Shown here in pieces: positions 12,254-24,596 of a stretch of DNA of 64,000 bases. The notes below the pieces were generated by a model that did no database searches, was not told the DNA's origin, and worked only from the letters and a program-made list of their open reading frames with translations. Position numbers and translations under genes: made by a program. Numbering within the stretch: position 1 is the stretch's first letter; every line of letters starts with the position of its first letter. Source of the DNA: Ramazzottius varieornatus (lineage: Eukaryota; Animalia; Tardigrada); contig BDGG01000002.1 in NCBI GenBank assembly GCA_001949185.1, positions 3,221,826 to 3,285,825 of the forward strand, written 5' to 3'.

Positions 12254-13007
12254 AGCCAAAGACATTCGCCATTACTACCGATAGACTTTCCACTCCATCT
12301 TACAGCTTGGTTCATTTATCTGATGATCAGCAATACTGCAGTCCATTTGTTCGAAACCCGTACACCATTCTTCCATTTCACATTGGCAAAATTGCCATAA
12401 ACACATGGGGGGCTCGTCATGGAGTTTTTTGATTGTTTGTTCATTCGACGCAACAACCTGTTGCATTCACTTTTCGCTCTTCAAAAAGAGAAACAACTTC
12501 TAGAACCCGAAGATTACATGAAGTCTTTGACAGCGCTGCATTCGGTAAAATGGACTGTGAAGGCATGGTTAGAAGTTGACAGTTCGACTTACGAAGATCA
12601 GGAAACTGCTTCTGCAAAGCCGGTACGTTTCCCATGGTAGATAACGAGTAGTTGATTGTCGACAGAGACTGATTGTCAGTAGACTTTGACGTCACTTTCC
12701 TCTGTTTTTGGCAAGCTGTACGGTTGATGTTTACTGGTTGCAGTTTGAAATGGAAGAACAGTATCCGGAATTAGAACGAGTGGACTGTATAGCAATTTAG
12801 CCAGGATAACTTAATAGCGCGCTTCCAGACGTGACATCATGAAGACATCCAGTACATGAAGTATATCTTTTTGTCAAGTACATTATTTCCATATTCGATG
12901 TTTAACCAGCACATTATTTCTAAACGTGCGAGAGACAAATATTAACACCGCAGTGACTACTTTAGTCAGTTCCAAAAACCATTCCTTCCGCTGTGTCGGC
13001 TGTCCTT

Positions 13008-15851
13008 TTAGAAGGATTCAGCAGGGATTAGTGGGTTCGTTACGACACCCTCGTCCCATGGCTGAGGATCTTTCCACGGTACCCACCATCCTTCCCTGTA
13101 TCAAGTCAGAAGAAACCGGTTAGTCTAATGTCGCATGGTAGAACGTACAAGATCCGCCGGAACTGACCAGTTGTCGGGATTGGAAGCAGGATCGTAGCCC
13201 TTGATGGCCGCTGGATAGGAACTGGCGTTGTAGCCTTGAATCTTCCCCTGGATCAACTTGAGCATGGCGGGGTAGCTTTCGGCAATGTTCTGCAATACAG
13301 GCTGTCAAAATGCACAACATAAGCAAGACCTTGACACCTGATACGTACGTTGAGTTCGCATGGATCGTTGGTCAGATCGAAGAGGCAGTCGCTAACGTTG
13401 GGTCTGCAGGGGTTGACTTCGATGCCTTCGGGGAAGTTGCAGTTAACAGCAACAGGTGTCCATGTCTTCCAGTCGGGTACTTCGTCGTTCCTGCCGGCAT
13501 TGGTGCCCTCTGGTGCCCACCTGAATGAATATCCATATAACATTGTACAGCGCCCGTACGGGAGAGCCCTATTTTCTAGTTGACCAATACAATCGGAGTT
13601 GCAAACGCTCATGGCTTACCATCCTAAATATGAGTTGTCCATGACATTTCCACCAATGACTTTGTAGAGCCCGCCATACTGGTCTTCGTACAACATTGCG
13701 TACTGGTGACCGAGGCTGTCGATATTGTTGGGCAGCTCCTTCCGCGGTCCGTAATTCAAGCCGGCTGCAATTAAAGAAGGGAAGTTTTTCCAAGTATTCA
13801 TGCTTTATGGTATTGCGCCTGTTTTTCGCTTACATTGAATGGATTTCCACTGACTCATTCCGTCAAGTTTATGCTGCAAAAACAGCAGAAATGGAACCCG
13901 TCTCAATTGTAAGGTACGACTGTGGTTCATCTTACCGGAGTCAGATCGTTCAAGTCACCACCAGCAGCTTCGTACAAAGTGGGGAGCCAGTCACTACTGT
14001 GCCACAGTTGATTGGTAACACGTCCACGTTTCTTCAGCAACGGCGACCAGATGAAGGCGTTGGTACGAATGCCGCCTTCGAACAGCGAACCCTTGCCCAA
14101 CCGCAACGGCCAGTTGACACCATGGTTAGAACCTCGGACGAATGCTGAGTTGGGAGGTAGCGGTGCCCCATTGTCGGTGTAGAAGACGATGATAGTGTTG
14201 TTGGCGATACCTTTGTTGACGACGGCGTCGGTGATTCGCTTGAAACTCTCATCCAACAGCTGAGACAGGGCCAACATGCGTTTTCGCTCGGGGAACTGGT
14301 CGCTGAACTGGAAGACCGGCGGACGAAGAGTGAACTGAGGTACGGTGTCTAGGGCGTCCCCGTAACCGTTGGATGCGGTGTGCACGACGGGGGTAGCAAA
14401 GTACATGAAGAAGGGCTTGGAGGGATCTTGGTTGCGGATGATCTGTTCGGCTTTGATGTTGATCAGTTCGGGGTAGTAGGCGTTGTTGGTGTCGTTTGCC
14501 AGAATACGCAGTCCGTTCTCGCGAACTTCCCGACCGCTCAGAGGAACGGGTGTAATCCATCCTTCGGTGTAGTTCCACCAGTTGGTGGCCCCTCCGGTAA
14601 AGCCATACGAATAGTCGAAGCCACGAGCCACTGGAAAATACATTCGAGCTTTCGCAGCCTCTTACCTACTAAGTACTTATCTTCGTGAAGTACTGGCGGA
14701 GAGCCTGGGACACACACCTGGGTAGTACTGGCGGCTGAACTCTCCCAAGTGCCACTGAAACGAAGGACGTTCGTGTAACGCACAATAGCCCAGGTCTTCA
14801 CTTACCGACACGAACTCACCTTGCCCAGATGATAAGTCTGATAACCGAGGTCTTTCATGTAGGCGGGGAAAAACTTGAATTCCAAAGGCACACCCCAGGG
14901 TTCGCCCTGCGCGATAGCGGCGGTTTGCATACCTAAAAGACCAGATGTACTGGTTAGTCATTTTGTCTTTCGGTGGGCGGTTGTGCCTGTTGAATTGTAC
15001 CAATATTGAAGACGTATTTCCCGGTGATGAGTGAGGCGCGGGAAGGTGTGCACAGCGGCTGCGAGTAGTGGTGGTTGAGGATGATTCCATCCCAAGCGAG
15101 CTGGGGAAAGAATAACCGCGGGCTTCAGATCTATACATAAATTTTTTGATTCAGTATTCTAGTCGGAAAAATACCTTATCGATATTGGGCGTCGGAGTCC
15201 AGATATTTCCCTCGGTATAGCTGACATCAGTTCGGCCCTGTGCAGTACATAAATTTAATGACTAAATTGCGTTGTCTTGTTGACTATCCTAATTATCTCA
15301 ACAGGTTTCTGCAAAGGCTACCGAATAGCTGTAGCCCACAATAATTTTACTGTTACACTTACCAGATCATCGGCAACGAAAATCAGAAAATTTGGTGGTT
15401 GTGCCTGGCCACTGCCACCTATGCCGTTACCATTACCACCACCATTGCCGATGTTCCCATTTCCGCTGTTTCCATTGGTATCACTACCGTACCCATAGCC
15501 ATTGGTTGACTGCATCGGGGTGGAACTGCTCGATGCTCCTCTAGTCGACATCGAAGAAGACGATGTGGCGGAGTAGCCATCGGTATGCGGCATAGAGGAA
15601 GTCGATGAAGCGTAATCGGTGGACGACTGCATTGCCGTGATAGAGATGGAGGTCTGTGTGGATGCACTCGTCATCTGGGAAGACTGGGTATTCGAGTCAT
15701 AGTAACCATTGGCGCCTCTTCGGCCGGCCGAAGAGCCCATACTCGGGCTGGAAGCTGCGGGCATAGACTGCCGATTGATGAATCGATGAGAAAACATACG
15801 GACTGCAGCAGTCCCCGTGATACCGACAAGGAAAACAGCAACTAGCTTCAT
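13008..15851 (-). CDS. Arylsulfatase B/I/J-like sulfatase with signal peptide and a long Ser/Thr- and Gly/Asn-rich N-terminal extension; multi-exon
   Basis: PNFLIFVADDL, TPNID, formylglycine motif CTPSRASLITG, GK|WHLG, RGFD, YTDNG, NWPLRLGKGSLFEGGIR, DWLPTL, CLFDLTNDPCE and C-terminal GWWVPW. Confidence 0.93.
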
Positions 15852-16629
15852 TCCACACAGGTAGATGAAGACGTCAAGTTCTACACTGTTGCCATTGCAC
15901 GCAGAAATGAAAGCCAATCTCGAATGGACACTTTCTTTATATGGTCTTACTTACTGCATAATTATACGTCAATATTGGTGTGAGGACGCAAGTAATCAAT
16001 AGCAAAGGGACTGGGTCAGTAGTGGTACTAGTTGCTTACAAAACAAGCGAACGGTGCTTTGAGGGAGTTTGAGGCAATTTTAGTGGTGGTTTATGATGGA
16101 TTTATAGTGTTGTCATGGCGGACAACGGAGCAGTTTGACGTTTCATGTAAAGAGTGATGTTAAGATTGATTGATGTTGACCACTTCATTGTCTCACTTCT
16201 TTGTCGGACCAACATTTGAACGTACTGTATACCGGCTTTGCCAGCAGCACACCCAAACTTAGAAGCTTCATGCCTGTTGATCTCGGACCGAGAAACGAGC
16301 AATAGAAAGGAGACGGTTTCAACAATCGTTTACTGAGATGTGGATCACCGAGCAATCTCGCTGAAAAGAACTGAAGCGAATTAGAAATGGAAAACAGTGC
16401 GAAAGACCCGCCTGCAGAAAAATCGGCGGCTCAGACAGATTTACTGTCTATCTTGTGGTAGACTATGCTCATCGAAGGAGCAACACCTGCAACAAGGAAG
16501 GTTGCCTCGTATTCAGTTATACTTTCTGACAACAATGTCGGTAAGTCGAGAAAAACATTTCTGAGGTTTCAATTTTTTACGTCTTCGCCCAAAAAGAAAC
16601 GCAGTCCACGTCTACAGAAGGAGCGGAAC

Positions 16630-17524
16630 GGAAGGTGGAAAATGATGCCTTGAGAGCGCTGGTCGAATCCAATCCTTCCCAAACTTCTGTGGACCTTTCA
16701 CGACACTTTGGCGAGCCTCCCAGAACCATTACCGGACATTTGCAAGAAAGCAGAAAGGTGAGAAAGTTAGAGAAATGGGTACCCCACTTACTTGGCGCAC
16801 CTCAGAAAGAATACCGATTTATGAGTTCACTTCACCACCTGATTCGCAACAAGAACGAGTCCATCTTGGACCGCATTCTCACTTGTGATGAGAAATGGAT
16901 TCTCTACGATAATCGTAAGCGAAAAAGAATATGGTTGGACAAAGGGGAAGAGCCACAGAAAGTTCTCAAACCAGAGCTCCACCAAAAGAAGATCATGTTG
17001 ACAGTCTGGTGGACATCTCGTGGCCTTGTCCATTATGATTTTCTTCCGCCTGGCAAAACGATTACGGCAGACTACTACTGTCTGGAACTTGATACGGTGA
17101 TGAAGAAGCTCGCCGTTCAACAGCCGAAATTATTCCATCGTCTGAAACCACTACTGCTGCAGGACAACTCAGAAGTGCACGCCGCACAAAACACTTCCGC
17201 AAAACTGCAAGAGTCGGGATTGGAAGCTCTGTTTCACCCCCATATAGTCCTGACTTGGCTCCAACAGATTACCATTTCTTTCAGAATTTAGACGACTTCC
17301 CGAGAGAAAAAAATTTTCTTCCGAAGCAGATGTGAAAACTGCCTTCCAGAAGTTTATCGCTTCTCTTTCTCCTGACTGCCACCGTAGAAGCATACAATCT
17401 CTTCCAGGAAGATGGCAGAAGTGCCTTGCTAGTATGGGTGATTACTTTGAAGTCTGAGATCTGGCGTCAATAAAGTTTTTTTATTCCGGTGTGCGTCAAT
17501 GGGACAAGTCATACTTCCGACCTA
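16630..17524 (+). mobile_element. Mariner (DD34D) transposon, 5' truncated, one frameshift
   Basis: WVPHLL, TCDEKW, LQDN, and YSPDLAPTDY after a 1-nt shift near 17240. A mariner-like 3' terminus ..CAAGTCATACTTCCGACCTAA lies at about 17505-17525; I found no matching 5' TIR. Confidence 0.9.
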
Positions 17525-20143
17525 AAAGGGCGATATGCATTGAAGCAGGAAGCACCACGCTGTACTTTGACAAGAGTAAACAGAAGAGGGGAACGCTATT
17601 AGCTATATCGTTTTAAGCAGATTTTACCGTCCTCAAAATCTTCCTCGTTCTGTTCGGTTCGCTGAGCGTGAGAAAGAATCTTCAGAGCGTACACCGGAAT
17701 CTTGCGGAAAGGTTTGCTTGTAAGTCCCACCTGTAACTGCAGTTTCACTTTACTTGCTCGAGTACGCCTGACTGATGCGACTGCTCCCTTCCAACCCTGA
17801 CCCCATGGGCGACGGAACGCAATACCACTTCTGTCCGACCTTAGAGGATGAAAGTGGTGAGTTACCAGGGCCGCTCGCTTTTAGCTAAGGGATTCGATCA
17901 TTTGATTCCGCATTGGGCGGCGCTATTTTTGGACCACGAACAAGCAGGTGTTGAATGTTTACCTGTCAGTCGCGGCGCACCTTAAGATGAAGGTCGGTTG
18001 AACTGTTTGCCAAGCGATATTCATGTTAGCCGTGTTATTGTGGTCGTGGTCAAGCGATATTCTGATACTTCGTAGATACCATAATCGCCGTTCGAACGAT
18101 CATGAGAAAACAACCTCGCCCTTGCCAAATGAAGCCCGTGTAGCACGTTCAGGATTTTTTGCTAAAAGCCATTCGATGGTTCGCCGAGCATGTTATTATG
18201 GAGATAGATGGCGCTCTCTAATGTAGAAAATCTAGTAGAGCTGCTTGTTGGCCCACCCGAAATGTCTTAACACCTTGAGCACGGGGCGGGAAACACACTT
18301 TCCCGGCGCACACTAATATGTACGTGGCGGGATCCCAGTTTAACCTTTGCTCCTCGTTTTTTCCCCGTTTGCCTGGAGAATCAACTTCCCTCAGAACCCC
18401 AGCTAACAGCCACTGGACAGTGGCTCTGCAAAACTGTCTGGAATTTTCTCCGTTTCGATGGAAATTTCGTCCTGGCCAGCACATTTAAATTTCAGTCAGG
18501 CTCACGGTTAGGCTAGAGTCTCCAAAAAGTTGCCGTCTGAATCCAAACATTTATGCATCTGGCGAAAGTTTAAGATCCGTGAAAAGACCCTTCCAGTGGT
18601 CAAGAAAAAAAACATGAAGGTTTGTCGTTTCAGGTTGGTAGGCGGGGCAATGTATATCATATTTCCAAAGTTGGGCCAGTCGAAATGGTAGTGATTGGTT
18701 CTAATTGCCGCCGCCCCCGATTTTCGACCATTTGAAAAGAGACGAAAGTGACTTTCCCACCTGGTATTCTGAAAGCCCGAAACCGCGTGGTGTTCAAGGT
18801 GTTAAGGTCACTCTGAACGGTAAATTTGCTTTCGGTTGGCCGCCTTTGCGAATTATTCATGTAGTCAGAACATCTCTAGACTGGCTCGCTGTGATGACAC
18901 CTTTACATTTAGTCTGTTAACTCAGTAATTAGGAACGAGCTTCTGATATCATCTTACACCCATTTTTCGTGACCTTAAAGCGGCAGAATCTGTGTTCTTG
19001 TCGTATTCACTAGCCGCAGCAGCACGCCAGGATCCGAAAGCCTGTAGAATGACCCTGTTCCCTCAGTTGTCGGTCTGTAGAATTTACACTGGCTAAGCAA
19101 ATTAGCGTGATGGTTTTACCAAAGTTTCTTTGAAGGTTTATTAAAATCTGAAGGTTAGAATAATATCAGCCGTGCTTGTAAGTTCAATGGTTATCAGACA
19201 AGAAAAACAAGCTGGCATAGTTATTAAAGTATTTCGAGAGGGTTCTCCATTTGCTTGGCTGGCATGGTCAAGTTTGTGTGTCACGTGGCAAATAAACTTA
19301 AGCATCCCAGCTGCGGAAACCTTCACAGAATGTCTTTCAATGCTTCAGCATCTCACCCGGGTTGTTTTTCCTGTTCGATGACCATTGAACTTGAAAACAG
19401 TGACTTTGATTACGTAACCGGGTTTGGAATCACGATTTGCAAGTAAATGCCATATACCGGAACACATGCCAACACTATCTTGAACTTTGCTGCTGCTGCA
19501 GTGTTACATATATATGATCAGCAATGTAACTGAGCAAGCACTCATATCCGGATTTGATAGCTGCTGTGATCTCTCCTCCGGGCGTTTTCCTGACCGTTAA
19601 ATTTACAGTCCATGACAGCTTAGTCGATCCCACTGAAGCTCCATTTCAGTTCTAAAAATTTAAATCGCACTTTTTGCACCTTTTCAACCTGTTTTTGAAT
19701 ATTTGACTTTCCTACTACAATGAATTTCCAGACATTCAGAAAACCGACAGCTTTTGAAACTACTTTTGAAACTACCTCGTCGAGGCACCCTTTCGCACTT
19801 TGTTTACAACAGGGTTATAAAATTTCTGCTTTCTGACTGGTAAGAAATTGACATTTCGATACGTGCAGTTGGAAAGAAGAGCATTTGTTTAGTCTTTAAA
19901 CAATACACTTCTCGGTCTTGAAGTCAAAACACTGTGCGGTGCAAAATAGTGACGAGGAACAGAGACAGAGCACGTCGATCAGCTTGCAGGGATGTCTCAG
20001 GCCGGACACGAAAACGCTCGTGTGATTTGTCGATCTATCTTTTTCCCCAGAATGAAATTTTGGCTCTTGTTCTGCCTAGACGATGTCAGAGCGCTTGCTC
20101 AACGTAGAATAAGTTTAGGGATAAGTGGAAACATCCTTCGGTA

Positions 20144-20345
20144 CACGCACGACGGAAAATTATGGGGCCAGTAAAAATTATGGGACCAGGCGAGAAAGAC
20201 GGCAAAATGGAAATTCAAACGAAGAAAAGTGTCCAAAAGTGCATTACTTTGAATCGGTCACGTACGTACGTCCTTCCGCACCGCCGTAGCGAAATGTCCT
20301 GGTCCCATAATTTTTACTGGCCTTATTACTTCCGGTCGTACGCAG
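20144..20345. mobile_element. MITE (Tc1/mariner-like termini) with imperfect TIRs
   Basis: GGCCAGTAAAAATTATGGGACCAGG is inverted as CCTGGTCCCATAATTTTTACTGGCC; the left end is TA|CACGCACGAC. Confidence 0.7.
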
Positions 20346-20979
20346 AAAGGAATCTTTGACCAAAAACGATCAACTTGGCTGTAACGCGTTGTACGATAAT
20401 AAGAGCGAATGATGGCATCATTAACCGCCGCTTTTCGTCGTCTAACACTTGTCACATACAGTAACTGTTTATTTCTTGTAATTAGTCCAACAATTAACCT
20501 TGTAGGCTACCTACCCACGTGCCTCAATGTGAAGTCTACCAGAGCACGTGGTCGGGTAGCCTGCTAGGGTGAACAGATGAACCCAGCCTAGGTAGTGACC
20601 TACAACGTAAAAATTCTATACTATGCTAATAATGACGAAGTGCGAGATCCGGCACAACATTGTAAAAAAGTTTGGTTGGTCTCTGGAGCGCTTGCTCTAT
20701 TACGAAACCTCAATGAGATGTTGCTTGAAATTTTTACAGCCATGCTGACTTATTCCCTTGGGTGCAATTTTTCACCACGATAACCATCGGATGGAATGCC
20801 ATTATGGAGAACACGACCACTTTACAGCCTTATGAAAACCCATGCTCTTATCTTATAGACTATACAAAACTGCTCACTCGAAAAAGCAGCACCATAAATT
20901 TTTCACGGTCCTTCTTGTCATGCTGAAGAACTGGGTACCACGTTGGAGCGGACATAACAAAAGTTTCTTCTTTGAGTCA

Positions 20980-23041
20980 GCGTTTATTATGACGTACTTC
21001 GAGAACTTGACGGGAAGCTTGGGATGCTCATTTAATTGCTTCGACCCTGATACTATGCCGCAATTCTCTGACGTCAATGCACTGAATCTTGGCGCGGTCT
21101 TCCGCCGACCGTCCTTGTCAATCGACAGTCGTGCGTCGTTCTGCCGTCTAGCCCGCCGTACGTATCTCTCATCACGTATCATACCGGATATTTCCTATTT
21201 TCCACTTGTGTGTAGCGTTTGCTGTCTTGACTCTTGAGCGTATTCGCCGTCATCTTCATTCAGGGATAAGAAGTCCGCGACCTTGTTTCACTGTTACATC
21301 TTGAGTAGATCTGGCGGAAGTGTGGATCAACATTGAAACTTTGTTCTTTCACCAAGCATGGAAAGCGAGAAGCTGTTGATGCACCCCGGCGAAGTAGCGG
21401 GACGCCCTGTTGGGGTTCCTCGAAACTATCCACTTGCCACGAGCACCAAACGCACGGCACTTGATGAGCGCTTGCATTTTGCCGACAAAACCGCACCTCC
21501 AACGGGAAATATTGCCGTGAAAGTCACACAACCTTCTCTGATTTTCGATCATCATGAATCGGTGGACTCGACCGATTCAGGACTTTCATCGAGTTCGGGT
21601 ACGGCGAGGACCTCCGGTAAGTTGAACAAGATGGTCTTCAAACAACTACGACATTCCTCGCTGGATTCAGAGCATGGACGTGACGGTGGATTTACAGATG
21701 AAGTCACGGAGCCCAACGCTTCCTCATCCGTCGAGATTTTCCGCATACCGTCGCCCACCTTTGACGATGGATTCGAGGATGACGGGTCCATGTCATATCG
21801 TCACGCATCTTTCGGGGGAATAACACAGTACCGAAAACGTGAGCAATCGTTTCCCCTAGCGATGCAAAACTAACTTGTCCAGACCGATTAGACCTCACAA
21901 CGCGTTCAATTGATGCAATCGTCCAGGATTGTTACTTTAGGCGGCACACGGTTCAATTTTGCAACAGTAAAGAAGCGTGACACTTGGGAAAAAGTGGTGT
22001 TTCATTTCCAGAATCGTTATCTCAAGTGGCGTACTTTTCCATTGTTTCTGGCAAGAGCCGTGCGCCACTTGAGATGTCAATCTTGAACGTTTCCTCTTAG
22101 CCTACCATTTGTTGTTCTAACCCCAAAATAATCTCTACAACATTCTTTGGACGTATTTTATAAAGCTTTTCGTTGCAGAAATTTTCGAGGAAGGGGCCCA
22201 GTCTCTGCCGAGACGGCTATCGAACAACTCGGACTCGGATGTCTCCCTCAACTCTCTTGGCCGTCGTCGACATTCCGATCCCCTCAAACAGCTCGGGCAC
22301 AAAGTCCAGAAAGGCGCCAAGAAACTCTTGAATAAAATGTCCCACCTTCATCACAAGGGTAGTCAGCATGAATTGTTGGAGCTGCACGTGAAGAAGGAAG
22401 TGGTAAGCCCGATGGACACGGTCGAAGCCGAAACGACCAAGTCCATTATCGACGCTTTCCTAACCCAAGGCCAAGTGATTGCTACGACCGAACTGGAGGA
22501 AGAACTAGACCTAACACAAGCTGAACCCCTAAACCATCTCAATAACGCCCGAGCTGAGTTAGCCTCCCTAGTAGCCACTGCCTTCGAAGCAGTCCACGAC
22601 AACACGGAAGTCCAGAATGTAGCCGAAGTTATGACCCATGATCTCGCTGAATGTGTGTGTGCAGCACCGCAGCAATGCACCACGAGTGCCGTTCCTGATG
22701 TCCTTGTCACGCTGAAAGGAAAACCCGCTGGTGAAGAAGGTGAGAGCTGCCGTATGGGAAACGGTGTACGTCATCACCCGACCATGGAAGCTGGATTGAG
22801 TCCACGCACTGACAATGAGGTACCATTACCACCGGCGATCAGTCCGGATATCCAGCCTAAAAGCTTCTATGCTAACCAGGAAATCCCGCGAGTCGACCCC
22901 CAAGTTATGCCAGTTCCGGACAAGAAGATGGATCAGTTAAACAGCACTGTTTCCTGTTCTCTAGTTAACAACTCCGAGTCTGATGGTAGCCCGAAACTGA
23001 GACGCTTCAGCGACAGTTCGCCGTACCGTCGTCGACGGTAA
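20980..23041 (+). CDS. Probable multi-exon gene for a Ser-rich, largely disordered protein of unknown function
   Basis: Long open frames at 21358-21873 and about 22179-23041, the latter preceded by a ttgcag acceptor. No recognisable domain; exon structure unresolved. Confidence 0.45.
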
Positions 23042-24596
23042 TACTCGTGCGCAGGTTATACCTAATCTTGCTCTGTACAAATGATGATAACATCGATTAC
23101 GCCTATTTCTGCATGTTTCTATATAATTATTTAATTTTATTGTTTCAGCTGTCGATATATTTTGCTTGATCTTCTAACATCAATGGCGTGATCGCACTCT
23201 TAGTCGCGGTTTTTCCGTAAACAAACAAGGCTCACTGAGCAACTGTCGCGAACTTCGACAGGCAAAAATATATATGTCACAAGTTTTTGAACGTAAGTTG
23301 GAAATGCTTACCATACGCGTACCATCCAAATCCACTGTAGTGTCAGCTAGAAAGCTGAGGATAAAAATAGCGGCGATGATCATTATTACTTCAATCGCGC
23401 ATTCTCCAATGCTAAGCTCTGTAAGCCCCACTGGACTTGCTAAGTCTGGACAGAGTGTAATTTCCTAAAATCTCAGGATTTCCTCTTTCGAGACGCCAAA
23501 TGGTCCGTGGTAAGCAAGACATATACAGGCCGGTATTGTTCCGCGTGGCACCTAACGACCTTTGAAACATGCATTCCGGCTGGTTGAAAGTACTTAAGTT
23601 CCCTGTTTCAACTGAAGGAAGTGCTGGTTTCCCGTAATGGATGGCTGTACACAAGATGCTTCATTGAATTTTGCGACGTGTGACGTTGGCTTGATCTGTG
23701 AAGTCACCCGTTACGATCGTTTGGTTTTTCTCCCACGGCATAATAAAAAAGTGCGTGGTTGTCGGACAAGGCAGAATTTTGTTTTCCAATGGAAAGTGCT
23801 GAAGGAAATTCATTGTGCTTGATTGGCAGAGTCAGTACGTCATACTTCCTTGGCTGCTCTGTCGTTGGCGACTTTTGGCTGTCAAGTTCATGCGTCATAA
23901 TTTTGTCTTCAGCAGTATTCCAGAATGCTGAGACCTTCTGTGCCAGTAACATGCCACCGGTTCACGCGGTCTGCTGTCTCCAGCAAAACAAGTCGTAAAT
24001 CGGTAATCCGATGTTATTCTGGCAGTGGTCGCTGAACAGCTTACAGACACATGTGCATGTGTTGAAGGAAGAAGAACTGGTTACAAAATAGTTTTGAGTT
24101 CACGAGCACAGCTCGTTCTCGGATGAAATATGTCAGACACTTGTCTAATGGCTTCTTGCGTCATGGTCCCTGACGTCGCTTGCTGTTTAAACGGAGCGGA
24201 AGTTCTTGGCTCCAAATGCCGGAAACACGGTACTGGAGCATGGGTTCGCAGAGCGGAGGACGGACATTGTGCACGCGCGGACGGAAAGCCGTGCCAGGCA
24301 CATGTCGGTAGAACGAACCTACACGTACTCCATCTTGTCACGAGAATGGAAGGATATTGTTACAGAAATTATGTAATGAGCTGTGCGTGAGACACACCGT
24401 ATGAAATAACAAAAAGCATACTCAACATCGAAGCATATTTTCGTGACAAATTGGTGTCGCTTACTGATGATGATGTATCAAAAATAGACAATGCTTCGGT
24501 GCAAGGTTCTGAGGAAAAACTACTGCCGGCGAGCTGAGGCTGAAGACGTCATGGAAGCAGAAAACGGAGAACTCCTCGAGCAGTGTTGATTGCGGG

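Noticed and set aside
23180-24540. Short ORFs with a hydrophobic stretch and a vague SWIM-like Cys/His pattern
   Set aside because: No consistent exon chain or convincing motif was found.
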